Of a DNA stretch of 64,000 nt, positions 48,733-59,519 are shown in pieces. This DNA comes from an uncultured bacterium. GTDB taxonomy: Bacteria; Schekmanbacteria; GWA2-38-11; J061. The notes under the pieces are model-generated. The model was not told the DNA's origin and made no database searches. It saw nothing but the letters and a program-made list of their open reading frames with translations. The stretch's first letter is position 1. The number at the start of each line of letters is the position of its first letter. Position numbers and translations under genes: made by a program. The stretch is from positions 3,029 through 67,028 of the forward strand of contig CAZJVM010000007.1 in the NCBI GenBank assembly GCA_964549305.1. The letters are read 5' to 3'.

Positions 48733-50016
48733 ATGGACAACATCAAAAAACTCTATGTAGAGACAACATCAAGGTGCAATCTCAACTGCACTATGTGCGT
48801 CAAGAATTATTCAGATGATGAAGAAGGGGATATGAGCCTTGAAACTTTTAAAAAACTCATTCCCGTAATGGGCGGTTTGGAATATGTCAACCTGAACGGA
48901 ATAGGAGAACCGCTGTTGAATAAAGATATATTCGGGATTTTATCTACAGTAAAAGAAAATATAGGTCCGTCGTCAGCGGTGGGTTTTACCACCAACGGTA
49001 TTCTTTTGGGGGCAAAAACATCGGAAAGGCTCATCGATGAAGGACTTGACAAGATTGTCATATCCCTTGACAGCACAAACCCGGAAAACCTTTCAAACTT
49101 GAGGAAAGGAGCATCTTTCGAACTCATAGAAAAAAATATCGACGCCTTAAACGAGGCAAAGAAGAAAAGGAAAGCGGAAAATCCTCAGCTCGGTTTTGAA
49201 ATCGTCGCGACGAAAGATAATTTCAGGGAAATCCCCTCGCTTGTTGAATTTGCGGGGGAGAAAAAAGCTTCTTTTGTTATTGTTTCACACATATTTCCCT
49301 ATTCCTATGAACTGAATAAAAGAAAAATTTTCGAACCTCTTTCCATTGATTCCTTTGCCTTATATGAAGATACAAAGGAAAAGCTGAAGGAAATGGGAAT
49401 AGAAATAAAGGATTACGCAAATCTCAATTTTCTTCTTCTAAAGCATAAACGGGACGAAACATCGGCGAAACTCTGGTCTGTTATGGAAAAAGCCTTTGAG
49501 AAATCAAAGGAAAAGGAATTGTTCCTTAACATTCCACGCCTGATTGAAATCGATGAAGGCAAAACTTTTTCCAGTGTTGACGAGGTCTTCGCGGAATCAG
49601 CAGACATTGCTGACAGATTGGGAATTGAAATAACCATTCCGCCCACTATACCCGATTTTTCCCGCTCATGTTCATTCATAGAAGAAGACACCTGTTTTGT
49701 AAGCTGGGACGGTTATGTGTCCACCTGCCTCAGGGTGCTTCACAAAAACAAATATTATCTTAATGAATGCCAGAGGGAAACAAACCGCTTTTCCTTTGGA
49801 AATATTAAAAACGAAAAGATAGAAGACATATGGAACAACCCAAAATACAAATCGCTGAGGGAAAAGGTAAAAATTTTCGATTTCCCCAACTGTCTCGATT
49901 GCTCAGGGTATGACTCCTGCGGATATTTTAAAGACAATTTCGATTATGACTGCTACGGAAACAGCGAACCGTGCGCAGACTGTCTGTGGAGCAAAAAAAT
50001 CCTCCATTGCCTCTGA
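48733..50016 (+). CDS. Radical SAM protein with C-terminal SPASM/twitch-like Cys-rich domain
   Basis: C-x3-C-x2-C present as CNLNCTMC. A GGEPLL-like motif (GIGEPLL). The C-terminal 100 aa contain about 14 Cys. Confidence 0.75.
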   Translation: MDNIKKLYVETTSRCNLNCTMCVKNYSDDEEGDMSLETFKKLIPVMGGLEYVNLNGIGEPLLNKDIFGILSTVKENIGPSSAVGFTTNGILLGAKTSERLIDEGLDKIVISLDSTNPENLSNLRKGASFELIEKNIDALNEAKKKRKAENPQLGFEIVATKDNFREIPSLVEFAGEKKASFVIVSHIFPYSYELNKRKIFEPLSIDSFALYEDTKEKLKEMGIEIKDYANLNFLLLKHKRDETSAKLWSVMEKAFEKSKEKELFLNIPRLIEIDEGKTFSSVDEVFAESADIADRLGIEITIPPTIPDFSRSCSFIEEDTCFVSWDGYVSTCLRVLHKNKYYLNECQRETNRFSFGNIKNEKIEDIWNNPKYKSLREKVKIFDFPNCLDCSGYDSCGYFKDNFDYDCYGNSEPCADCLWSKKILHCL

Positions 50017-50158
50017 TTGCGATAAAGTCAGATTCCAAAAACGTAAAATCATTAAATTAGAAAAATATTCAGCCGTAAAATGCCGATATCTTGACAACAA
50101 AAATGTGTTAAGGTTATAAATTAGAGGAGACGTATTAAATAGAAAGGGTAAAGAAGAA

Positions 50159-52492
50159 ATGAAAAAATCTTTAATCGTCATATTGATTGTCTGCTTTTTC
50201 ACGCTTAACGGAGGTTGCGCGTGGGAAAAGCTTTCCGGCAATTATAATAAAAAAGAAAATCCGAATGTTTCCGAAACGGAAAATGCAGATCAGAAAGATA
50301 AAATCAATCCGCCAACGGAAGAAAAAAAATCTGAAAATACCATCACTGCAACGGGAAACGATTCCGCAGTAATCTCAGATACTGAAACAATTGCCGAAGA
50401 GGAAACGGAGCAACTCGATAAGGAACTTGAAAGTCTATTTATAACCTCAGAGCAGTTTTACAGCAGGGGATTGGAATATGCCAACAACGGAAAATGGGAC
50501 CTCGCGGAGGAAGAATTCGAAAATTCCCTTGAACTTCTCCACAACTCGCCAATAAGAGAAAAATATCCTGAGCAGGTCAATAATTTCTACAATGAACTTT
50601 CCTTAGAAATTCTTGAAAGGCTCGAGCAGAACGAAGAATCCGATGTAAAAACAAGAGAAGAAATCCTTCTTGCCCAGATTCGCGCGAAACCTGAGCAGGA
50701 GAGGACAATAAAGGAAAAAGTAACTCTCGACCTGAGGGAAATGGAATATGACGTTCCCGTTGAAATAAACGATCTTGTAATACGCTACATAGAATATTAC
50801 ACCATAGAAAACAAAGAAAAATTCAAAGTCTGGCTCGAAAGGTCAGGCGCCTATATGCCGATTTTAAGGAAAATCTTCAGGGAAGAAGGACTTCCCCTTG
50901 ACCTTACATACCTTCCCATAATCGAAAGCGCATTTAAAACAAGCGCCTATTCAAGGGCAAGGGCGGCAGGGTTATGGCAGTTTATACCGGGAACTGGGAA
51001 AAAATACGGACTTCGTATTACCTGGTGGGTTGACGAGAGAAGAGATTTCGAAAAATCGACCAGAAGCGCCGCAAAATACCTCAAATTTCTTTTCGGCGAA
51101 TTCAACTCCTGGAATCTCGCCCTTGCGGGATACAATGCCGGAGAAGGGCGCGTTCAAAGAGCCATCAGGTATACAAAAACGGATGATTTCTGGAAACTGC
51201 GCACCCACCTGCCAAGGGAAACGAGAAACTATGTCCCCGCATTCCTTGCATCGGTAATAGTTGCAAAAAATCCCGGGCATTACGGCCTTGACAATGTTAA
51301 ATATGAAAAGCCCATTATCTTTGAAAAAATATCCATCAATCGTTCCGTTCCCATAGAGAATCTTGCCAAGTGTGCAAATACTTCCAAAGAAGAGATAAAG
51401 CGCCTCAATCCGGAAATAAGATACTGGGCAACACCGCCCACGAAGAATTACACAATCAGAATACCGGAAGGCACGGCAAAAACATTTGCGGCAAATTTTG
51501 AAAAGGTAAAGGATACATACAGTCTTGCGTGGAATAAATACAAAGTCAGAAGAGGCGATTCCCTCTATATCATATCGAGAAATTTCGGCGTTCCCGTTGC
51601 CGTAATCGCCGCAGCGAACAATATCCGCAATCCGCGCCTTATCAGAGTAGGACAGACAATCCTCATGCCGAATAAATGGAGCAAGGAATTCAGTTCTCCA
51701 TCCGGTTACTCATCGGGAGAGCTTGCCATTCATCTTGTAAGAAGAGGAGAAACCCTTTCGCATATAGCAAAGAAATACGGCACATCGGTATCGAGTATTA
51801 TGAGATGGAACAATCTCACTTCGGCAAGGAGAATTTATCCAAATCAGAAACTTAAAGTGTATGCAGGACTTACTTCCTCAGGTACCAAAGTTAAAAAAGT
51901 AAATGCCACCGATTTGAGCAACAGCAAGGCTGATGAATCCGGAAAGTATATTACACATAGTGTCAGAAGAGGCGAAAACCTATGGCTCATATCCAAAAAA
52001 TACGGCGTGAGCATATCCGGTTTAATGAAATGGAACGGAATAAGATATGCCAACAAGATTCGGCCCGGACAATCCCTTAAGGTTTATATAGAAAGCAAAC
52101 CACAGAGTTCAGGGAAAAAATATGCTTCATCGCAAAATCCAACCACATCGCCTCAAAAAACGGAAAAAGGCCGGATTCATATTGTCAGAAAAGGAGACAG
52201 CCTCTGGTCAATATCAAAGCAATACGGCGTATCCGTTAATAACCTGAAAAAATGGAACGGATTGCTATATTCCAACAGAATAACTCCGGGAGATAAAATA
52301 AGAATATTTTCTTCAATGACATCAGGTAATATGGACAATTATATCGTTCACAATGTGAGAAAGGGTGAAAACCTTTGGGTAATAGCAAGACGCTACGGAG
52401 TTTCCATTGCAAATATAATGGAGTGGAACAACATAAGTTCAGCAAGTAAAATCCGCCCCAGTCAGAAACTCAAAATATATAAAAATATTTAA
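50159..52492 (+). CDS. MltD-like membrane-bound lytic murein transglycosylase with multiple LysM domains
   Basis: Lipoprotein-like N-terminus (LNGGCAW). SLT catalytic region ES..K.SAYSRARAAGLWQFIPGTG. Five C-terminal LysM repeats (Y.V..GDSL..I...Y). Confidence 0.8.
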   Translation: MKKSLIVILIVCFFTLNGGCAWEKLSGNYNKKENPNVSETENADQKDKINPPTEEKKSENTITATGNDSAVISDTETIAEEETEQLDKELESLFITSEQFYSRGLEYANNGKWDLAEEEFENSLELLHNSPIREKYPEQVNNFYNELSLEILERLEQNEESDVKTREEILLAQIRAKPEQERTIKEKVTLDLREMEYDVPVEINDLVIRYIEYYTIENKEKFKVWLERSGAYMPILRKIFREEGLPLDLTYLPIIESAFKTSAYSRARAAGLWQFIPGTGKKYGLRITWWVDERRDFEKSTRSAAKYLKFLFGEFNSWNLALAGYNAGEGRVQRAIRYTKTDDFWKLRTHLPRETRNYVPAFLASVIVAKNPGHYGLDNVKYEKPIIFEKISINRSVPIENLAKCANTSKEEIKRLNPEIRYWATPPTKNYTIRIPEGTAKTFAANFEKVKDTYSLAWNKYKVRRGDSLYIISRNFGVPVAVIAAANNIRNPRLIRVGQTILMPNKWSKEFSSPSGYSSGELAIHLVRRGETLSHIAKKYGTSVSSIMRWNNLTSARRIYPNQKLKVYAGLTSSGTKVKKVNATDLSNSKADESGKYITHSVRRGENLWLISKKYGVSISGLMKWNGIRYANKIRPGQSLKVYIESKPQSSGKKYASSQNPTTSPQKTEKGRIHIVRKGDSLWSISKQYGVSVNNLKKWNGLLYSNRITPGDKIRIFSSMTSGNMDNYIVHNVRKGENLWVIARRYGVSIANIMEWNNISSASKIRPSQKLKIYKNI

Positions 52493-52539
52493 TTGCAACT
52501 TCCCGAATCCCATTGCAGGCAATCTTGAAATAAGCTTTG

Positions 52540-53907
52540 TTATTTATCCTTTCCGAGGCTAATCTTAATTAACGGCGGTGTCACGAGTGTCGTAACTATA
52601 ACCATAATAACCACAGCGCTGAATATGGCATCGTTAATTACACCAAGCTGTTTTCCTATTGCGGCAAATATCAAACCAACTTCTCCTCTCGGCACCATGG
52701 AAACTCCCACGCAAAACCGGTTAATACCCTTGCCGGTAACCAAACCGCAAACCTGCTTTCCAATAAATGCGGCAACGGTTATCCCCGCGGCAACACCTAA
52801 AATTTTCACATTGGTAAATGTTTCAAGCTTAACCTGCACTCCCATTAGCACAAAGAATACAGGGACAAGAAAAGAGGATATGGGCTTGATTATTTCGTCG
52901 AGTTTTTGAGCATCCTTGAATCCCGCAAAGTATACTTCCTCAAGTATAAGTCCTGCCGCAAAAGCGCCTACGATAGGTGCAAGCCCTATTTTACTTGCCG
53001 CGTATGAAAAAAGGAATGCGATGCTCAGGGCGATAACAAGTTTTATTCCGTCAACTCTCATTTTTGTCGCCTGTTTTATAATCAAAGGAGCAATTTTTAT
53101 GCCTACTAAAATTCCTACGGCGAGAAACAATATCGCCTTAATTGTTATATAGGATACTGTAAAGAGACTTATGCTTCCCGATAATATTATTCCCGAAACA
53201 ATGCTCAATATGACAAGGCCCATTACATCATCGATAACCGCCGCGCCAAGCACTATTCTTGCTTCTTTTGAAGATATCTTCCCCAAATCCTTGAACACTC
53301 TTGCCGTTATTCCCACGCTTGTTGCGCACAGAGTTGCGCCAATAAACATATGGAGGTTCGTGCTTTCGTCGGGGAAAAAATAAAGGCTGACAAAGTAGCC
53401 GAGTACGAAGGGCGCGATTACTCCCACAGTTGCCACCCAGAATGACGCCCATCCCACTTTAAGCATCTCATCGAGGTTGGATTCAAGTCCCACTTCAAAA
53501 AGGAGGATTATTACGCCGATTCTTGATATTATGTCTATATAAAGATCCGTTCCGAGGGGCTGGAATAAATCAAACCCCGTAAGATAATAAACATTACCGA
53601 TTATCACTCCCGCTATAAGCTCACCCAACACCGGCGGCTGTTTAATCCTGTCAAAAATCTCACCGCCTATTTTTGCGCCGAGAAGAATGACAATCAGCCA
53701 AAGAAGCACAGGTGTAACAGGGTCAGTATGTCCTGCTTCGGCGTGTTCCGACGAATTCTCGCTATGTGTATCCTTTGCATTTTCAATCTGTGAATTTACC
53801 TCAGTTATAACTCCGGTTTCTGTCGCCGTCGAGCTATAGGAACAGAGAAGCGGAAAAAAGAGAAGTACCGCAAGGAGCAACAACATAAACAGTTTCTTGT
53901 TTTTCAT
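52540..53907 (-). CDS. Cation:proton antiporter (CPA1/CPA2, Na+/H+ exchanger family)
   Basis: About 12 TM segments. The start is taken at the internal MKNKKLFMLLLL. Confidence 0.7.
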   Translation of the reverse strand: MKNKKLFMLLLLAVLLFFPLLCSYSSTATETGVITEVNSQIENAKDTHSENSSEHAEAGHTDPVTPVLLWLIVILLGAKIGGEIFDRIKQPPVLGELIAGVIIGNVYYLTGFDLFQPLGTDLYIDIISRIGVIILLFEVGLESNLDEMLKVGWASFWVATVGVIAPFVLGYFVSLYFFPDESTNLHMFIGATLCATSVGITARVFKDLGKISSKEARIVLGAAVIDDVMGLVILSIVSGIILSGSISLFTVSYITIKAILFLAVGILVGIKIAPLIIKQATKMRVDGIKLVIALSIAFLFSYAASKIGLAPIVGAFAAGLILEEVYFAGFKDAQKLDEIIKPISSFLVPVFFVLMGVQVKLETFTNVKILGVAAGITVAAFIGKQVCGLVTGKGINRFCVGVSMVPRGEVGLIFAAIGKQLGVINDAIFSAVVIMVIVTTLVTPPLIKISLGKDK

Positions 53908-53990
53908 TTCAAATCCTTTTTTATTGTTAATTAATGGATTGATTTTTCGTAACATCTATTAACCGCTGTATCAAATCTGATTTAACTCTT

Positions 53991-54467
53991 TCACTTCCTT
54001 CTGAAGGTACCACTTTTCCCTCCTGTTTTTTCAAGGAGGAAGATATCCAGAATCTCTATGGATTTATCAACCGCTTTGCACATATCATATACTGTAAGTG
54101 CGGCAACTGATACTGCCGTAAGAGCTTCCATTTCAACACCGGTAAAATCGACCGCCTTCACCGTAGATATTATTCTTACAGAAAAATCATCATCTGCAAG
54201 CTCATAATCTATATTTACGGAAGTAAGTTTTAACGGGTGGCAAAGCGGTATCAGTCCGCTTGTTTTCTTTGCACCCATAATTCCGGCAAGGCGCGCAACT
54301 TCAAGGACATCTCCTTTTGCCACTTTCTTGTCTTTGAGCATTAAATAAGTCTTTTCCCCCAGCTTAACCTTTCCGCAAGCTTTTGCAGTCCTCAAATTAG
54401 GCTTTTTAAGGCTTACATCCACCATACGGGAAGCGCCCTTGTCATCAAAATGAGTGAAATCCGCCAT
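53991..54467 (-). CDS. moaC: Cyclic pyranopterin monophosphate synthase MoaC
   Basis: Characteristic MoaC blocks THFD..G..RMVDVS.K, GLIPLCHPL and EMEALTAVSVAALTVYDMCKA. Confidence 0.85.
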   Translation of the reverse strand: MADFTHFDDKGASRMVDVSLKKPNLRTAKACGKVKLGEKTYLMLKDKKVAKGDVLEVARLAGIMGAKKTSGLIPLCHPLKLTSVNIDYELADDDFSVRIISTVKAVDFTGVEMEALTAVSVAALTVYDMCKAVDKSIEILDIFLLEKTGGKSGTFRRK

Positions 54468-54602
54468 TTTTTTTCTCCGTAAACCAAAAGTTAAAAGCTT
54501 CTAAAAGAAACATAAAACCTTGTCAATATTTAACTGTCTTGCTTTTTGTTTAAAAAAAAGTATTTTTATTTTTCATAAATAAAACTTTAAAAGGATAAAA
54601 AA

Positions 54603-57350
54603 ATGAAAACCATACCGAGAATATGTTATTTTATTTTAACTGCAATTATTATTTTTTGGCAAGCGGGGTGTGCCACAATTTCACAAAACAAAACCTTTAA
54701 CAAAAATGACATGAAAGAAAAAACGCTTGAAAACGGACTTAAGATAATTGTCAAGGAATCTCATTCATCGCCTGTAGTTTCATTTCATATGTGGGTAAAA
54801 ACGGGAAGCAGCAATGAAAACGAAAATACAAGGGGAATGTCCCACCTTTTGGAACATATGCTTTTCAAAGGAACGGATAAAAGAAAAGTCGGGGCAATAG
54901 CAAAGGAAGTTGACAGCGCCGGGGGAATGATAAACGCATTTACCTCCAAAGACGTAACGGTTTATTATCTTACCGTTGCAAGCCGCTATTTCGAATCGGG
55001 ACTCGATATTATCTCAGACGCCATTATGAATTCGTCAATAGACGAGAAAGAGCTTGAAAAGGAAAAAAAGGTTGTTCTTGAAGAAATCAGAATGGGCGAA
55101 GACGACCCTGAAAGAAACTCCTACAAGAAACTTTTCCTGATTGCCTACGATACTCACCCATACAGATTTCCCGTGATAGGCTATACCGAAACCGTCAGCG
55201 CAGTTACGAGAGAAACGCTTATGGACTATTACAAGCAAAGATACGTTCCTTCGAATATGACCCTTATCATAGCAGGCGATGTTGACAGTAATGAGGTTTT
55301 TACAAAAGCGGCACAAATATTCAAAAATTTTAAGGATAAGCCCGTCAATAATAATCCTCTTCCAAAAGAACTTCCTCAAAATGAATTGAAGTTTAAAATA
55401 ACCAAAAGTCCCGTTAAGCAGGCATTTGTAAAGCTCGCCTATCATATTCCGGGAATCAGCTCTGAGGATGTTCCCGCTATCGACCTGCTTGCGTCGATTC
55501 TCGGCGAAGGCGACAGTTCGAGGTTATATAAGAAGCTTAAACTCAAATCGCAAATAGCAAATTCCGTATATGCTTATTCAATGACTCCGAAAGATCCCGG
55601 ACTTTTCATTGTAAGCGTTTCGGCAGACACTGAAAAGCTTGACAAAGCCCTCGGGACTACAATTGCAGAGATTAAAAGAATCACCACGGAAAAAGCAGAT
55701 AATGACGAAATTGGCAGGGCAAAACTTTCAATAGAAAGCAGCACCATATATTCATCGGAAACGGTCAACGGAATGGCACAAAATATAGGAAGTAACATTA
55801 CACTTACGGGAGATATTAATTTCGAAAAGAAATACCTGAAAAAAATAAGAGACATTACTGATGATGACATTTTAAGAGTTGCCAAGAAATATCTTAATAA
55901 TGGTAATTTAAGCTCTTACATCATTGTGCCTGATGACCTTGAATGGAAACCGGACAAAAAATGGTTTGAAGATATTCTGAAAAATGCGGAAAAATACACA
56001 CCGGAAAAAAAAGAAACTGCAAAGATAAACGATGAAAACATAAAAGCACTTTCAAAGACTGCCAATAAATGCAATCAACAAACCTCTTCAGGCAAGGTTG
56101 TCAAAAAGATCCTTCCCGGAGGGACCATACTTCTTCTTGAGGAAGACCATGAAATTCCCATTGTCGCTCTTCAGGCAACATTGAGGGGAGGACTTTCGGT
56201 AGAATCTGCCGGAAAAGAAGGAGTTATGAATTTTACATTCGATATGCTCCCTTTAGGCGCAGGCGGAATGTCCTCTATTGAAATAGCCGAAAAAGTTGAC
56301 GGTATCGCAGGATACCTTTCAACCTTTTCCGGGAGAGACCTTTCAGGCCTTTCAACGAATTTTCTCTCGCAATACCTTCCCGAAGGTCTGGATATATTTT
56401 TTACAGTGTTAAAACAACCTGACTTCAATGACGATGACATTGAAATCAAGAGAAACGAAATTCTGTCAAAAATCAAAAATATTGAAGACGAACTGACACA
56501 TTTCGTCTTCAAGCTTTTTACTCACGAACTTTTCGGCGGTCATCCTTATCAGAACGATATTCTTGGCTCACAAAAATCAATCAAAACAATTACCAAAATT
56601 GATTTACAAAAATATTACTCACAAACTGTAAGGCCTGATAATCTTATTCTTTCCGTAACCGGAGATTTCGATTCAGATGCACTTATAAAAAATATCGAAA
56701 ACGAACTTCAGGATTGGTCTTCCGGAAAAAGCAATAAAAACACGGAACCGGAACTCCCTTCGCCGATTTCCGGAATTAAAACCAAAACATTCAATAAAGA
56801 CCGTCAGCAGGCGCATATCATCCTCGGTTTCAGAGCGCCCACGTTACTTGATAAAGACAGTTATCCTCTGGAAGTTCTCGATGCCATATTGTCGGGGCAG
56901 GGCGGAAAACTTTTTATCGAGCTTCGGGACAAACAGAGTCTCGCGTACAGCGTAACATCTTTTTTCAGGCCTCTTCAAAAAAGCGGAATATTCGGAGTTT
57001 ATATAGCTACAAAACCGGAAAACAGGGATAAAGCCGTAAATGGCATAATCAATGAGCTGAACAATGTGCTTGAGGGAGGAATTTCTGAAGAAGACATCGA
57101 CAGAGCGAAAAAATCCCTTATAGGCCATTTTGAAATAGGGCTTCAGAGGAGAAGAGCCCGCGCTTCAATCGTAGGCACTGATGAAGCTTTGGATTTAGGA
57201 TATGAGAACTATCTGAAGTATGCTAAAAATATAGGTAAGGTTTCAAAAAAAGATATTATTAGTACGGCAAAAAAATATATCGACCTGAATAAGTACGTTT
57301 TGACCATAATCGAACCCGGAGAAAAGAATAAAGAGGCAGATTCGCGATAA
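54603..57350 (+). CDS. Secreted tandem M16-family zinc peptidase (pitrilysin-like)
   Basis: Signal peptide. Inverted zinc motif HLLEHMLFKG followed by E-x6-E. A second inactive M16 repeat follows. Confidence 0.8.
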   Translation: MKTIPRICYFILTAIIIFWQAGCATISQNKTFNKNDMKEKTLENGLKIIVKESHSSPVVSFHMWVKTGSSNENENTRGMSHLLEHMLFKGTDKRKVGAIAKEVDSAGGMINAFTSKDVTVYYLTVASRYFESGLDIISDAIMNSSIDEKELEKEKKVVLEEIRMGEDDPERNSYKKLFLIAYDTHPYRFPVIGYTETVSAVTRETLMDYYKQRYVPSNMTLIIAGDVDSNEVFTKAAQIFKNFKDKPVNNNPLPKELPQNELKFKITKSPVKQAFVKLAYHIPGISSEDVPAIDLLASILGEGDSSRLYKKLKLKSQIANSVYAYSMTPKDPGLFIVSVSADTEKLDKALGTTIAEIKRITTEKADNDEIGRAKLSIESSTIYSSETVNGMAQNIGSNITLTGDINFEKKYLKKIRDITDDDILRVAKKYLNNGNLSSYIIVPDDLEWKPDKKWFEDILKNAEKYTPEKKETAKINDENIKALSKTANKCNQQTSSGKVVKKILPGGTILLLEEDHEIPIVALQATLRGGLSVESAGKEGVMNFTFDMLPLGAGGMSSIEIAEKVDGIAGYLSTFSGRDLSGLSTNFLSQYLPEGLDIFFTVLKQPDFNDDDIEIKRNEILSKIKNIEDELTHFVFKLFTHELFGGHPYQNDILGSQKSIKTITKIDLQKYYSQTVRPDNLILSVTGDFDSDALIKNIENELQDWSSGKSNKNTEPELPSPISGIKTKTFNKDRQQAHIILGFRAPTLLDKDSYPLEVLDAILSGQGGKLFIELRDKQSLAYSVTSFFRPLQKSGIFGVYIATKPENRDKAVNGIINELNNVLEGGISEEDIDRAKKSLIGHFEIGLQRRRARASIVGTDEALDLGYENYLKYAKNIGKVSKKDIISTAKKYIDLNKYVLTIIEPGEKNKEADSR

Positions 57351-57374
57351 CAAAATCAAAGCTCCTGAAAGTTG

Positions 57375-57899
57375 TCATTTGTCCAAAAGGGCTAAAATAT
57401 CTCTTTCAAATACCTTGCCTTCGGTATAGCCAATATATTTTTTATAAATATTGCCTTCCTTATCGACTACGAATGTCGTTGGAATACCTCTGATTCCGCC
57501 GTATGCATTGGCGATCTCTTCATTTCCCATAACCACCGGATAGGTAACCTTATATTCTCCAAGAAATTTTTTTACAATCTCACTATTATCATCAAGGGAA
57601 ATTCCTATCATCAGAAATTTATCACCGGGATATTTATCGTGAAGCGACTGAAAATCTGGAATCTCCATTCTGCAGGGAGGGCACCATGTAGCCCAAAAAT
57701 CAATTATTTTAACTTTTCCCGAATGGTCGGAAAGAGTAAAAGGATTACCTCCCACATCTTTAAGGGAAAAATCCGGCGCTTTTATGTTTTCTGTTATGCC
57801 CTGAGAAGAGTTATCCGCTTTTTCCTTTTCATTGTTGCATGCCGTAAAGGGCAAAAGGAATAGTGCTGTAAGGGCAAACAGTGTCACTGCTTTTCTCAT
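57375..57899 (-). CDS. TlpA/ResA-like thiol-disulfide oxidoreductase lipoprotein
   Basis: Lipobox (FTAC) and thioredoxin motif WATWCPPCRMEIP. Confidence 0.75.
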   Translation of the reverse strand: MRKAVTLFALTALFLLPFTACNNEKEKADNSSQGITENIKAPDFSLKDVGGNPFTLSDHSGKVKIIDFWATWCPPCRMEIPDFQSLHDKYPGDKFLMIGISLDDNSEIVKKFLGEYKVTYPVVMGNEEIANAYGGIRGIPTTFVVDKEGNIYKKYIGYTEGKVFERDILALLDK

Positions 57900-58033
57900 T
57901 ATGTTCTCCTCTTTAACTATTTTTTCAAAAGTGATTATTATTTTTATTCCAAGATATTTATTTTAATGTTACTTTTTGTTTAAAATTATTTCTACAGAAA
58001 AACCAACCTTAAATTAATAAGTTTAAAAGTGTT

Positions 58034-58783
58034 ATGATAAAAGAAAACGATGAAACTCTGGATAGTATTTCATTTCCTTCTGTAAAAATACTGCAAAGGG
58101 AAAAGGGTTATCGTTTTTCACTTGACCCGGTACTTCTTTCGGATTTTTTCATCAAATCACATTTCAAAGCATCGAGAATAGCCGACCTTGGCACGGGCTC
58201 GGGAATAATTCCAATATTAATATGCACTAAAAAGATGAACGTTTCCGCTGTGGGTATAGAAATTCAGGAATCCCTTTCAAAACTCGCGGAAAAAAACGTA
58301 AAGATGAATAATCTTTCAGAAAGAATAAGCATTATAAATGACGACCTTAGAAAAGTAAGAGGAAAACTCTTACCTGAAAAATATGATGCCGTAATTGCCA
58401 ATCCGCCGTTTCGTGAATCAAACAGCGGAAGGTTAAACAAAATATCGGAAAAAACCATAGCAAGACACGAAATCAAATGCTCGTTAAAGGATATACTGAA
58501 AGCGTCCTTTTATCTTCTCAAGGCAGGCGGAGCATTGTTTATGATTTACCCTCCAAGAAGATTGAGCCAGATTATTTCAGAACTCAAATCCAATAAATTC
58601 GAGCCAAAGATAATGAGGTTTGTTCATTCATATGCAGATACTGACGCGGTAATGATGCTCATAAAAGCAAAAAAAGGAGGAAATTCAGGATTAAAAATAC
58701 TCAAACCGCTATATGTATATGAAAAAGAAAAAACCTATTCTGCGGAGATGAATGAAATATACGGAATTAATCCAAAGCAATAA
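58034..58783 (+). CDS. tRNA (adenine-N6)-methyltransferase TrmN6/YfiC-like
   Basis: SAM-binding DLGTGSGI and the N6-MTase NPPF motif (ANPPFRE). The N-terminus QREKGYRFSLDPVLL is typical of TrmN6. Confidence 0.7.
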   Translation: MIKENDETLDSISFPSVKILQREKGYRFSLDPVLLSDFFIKSHFKASRIADLGTGSGIIPILICTKKMNVSAVGIEIQESLSKLAEKNVKMNNLSERISIINDDLRKVRGKLLPEKYDAVIANPPFRESNSGRLNKISEKTIARHEIKCSLKDILKASFYLLKAGGALFMIYPPRRLSQIISELKSNKFEPKIMRFVHSYADTDAVMMLIKAKKGGNSGLKILKPLYVYEKEKTYSAEMNEIYGINPKQ

Positions 58784-58922
58784 CTTCATATTTGATAAAG
58801 TTTTTTTTCAAAAACCCGAAAAAAATATAGTTTGGCACTTGCTTAATTGTCGTCTATTAAATTGACAAAGTTTTTTTTAAAAACTAAAATTAGACTAACA
58901 TCCAAATTATAAGGAGAACTTA

Positions 58923-59513
58923 ATGGAATACAGAAAAAGAAATTTATTGTTTACACTTTTTGTTTTTGTGATTGTCGGTATGTTTTCAATCGCTTCTATC
59001 AGTGCCATTAACTACAAAAAGAAGAAAAAGAGCAAAAGCGCTAAAAAAGGAGCTATCACCGTCAAGCTGAAGAAGGGAAAACAAACCGGAAAAGCCAAAA
59101 TCAAATACAATGCAAAGAAGGGCAAAAACGGAGAGGCAGGTATGAGTCTTTCAGTGAAAAAACTCTCAACTATAATGCCCACAACTGACCATGAAGACCC
59201 TCGCTATTATGAAAGCTGGTTTATCCTCGATGGAAAGAAAGGCGACGATTATGAAGTGAGCGCAGGTGTTTTTAACACAAACAAGAAAAAGAAGGGAAGC
59301 GCCTATTTTACCTTCAAACCGAACAAAATCGACGATGCAGTTGAAAAAGGCAGTGGAGTCATTGGACACAATCTGTCTGCTCTAAAGCAAATTAAGGTTA
59401 CAAAAGAGGCAAATGACGGAGAACTTGAGCGCCAAGGTCAAATAGTCCTGACGGGGAATGTAAAATTCAAACGCAATCCCTATAAGGGTATTTACGGTGA
59501 CAAGTTAAAATAG
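58923..59513 (+). CDS. Secreted hypothetical protein with Lys-rich N-terminal region
   Basis: Signal peptide, then KKKKKSKSAKKG. No family recognised. Confidence 0.4.
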   Translation: MEYRKRNLLFTLFVFVIVGMFSIASISAINYKKKKKSKSAKKGAITVKLKKGKQTGKAKIKYNAKKGKNGEAGMSLSVKKLSTIMPTTDHEDPRYYESWFILDGKKGDDYEVSAGVFNTNKKKKGSAYFTFKPNKIDDAVEKGSGVIGHNLSALKQIKVTKEANDGELERQGQIVLTGNVKFKRNPYKGIYGDKLK

Positions 59514-59519
59514 TACCTT

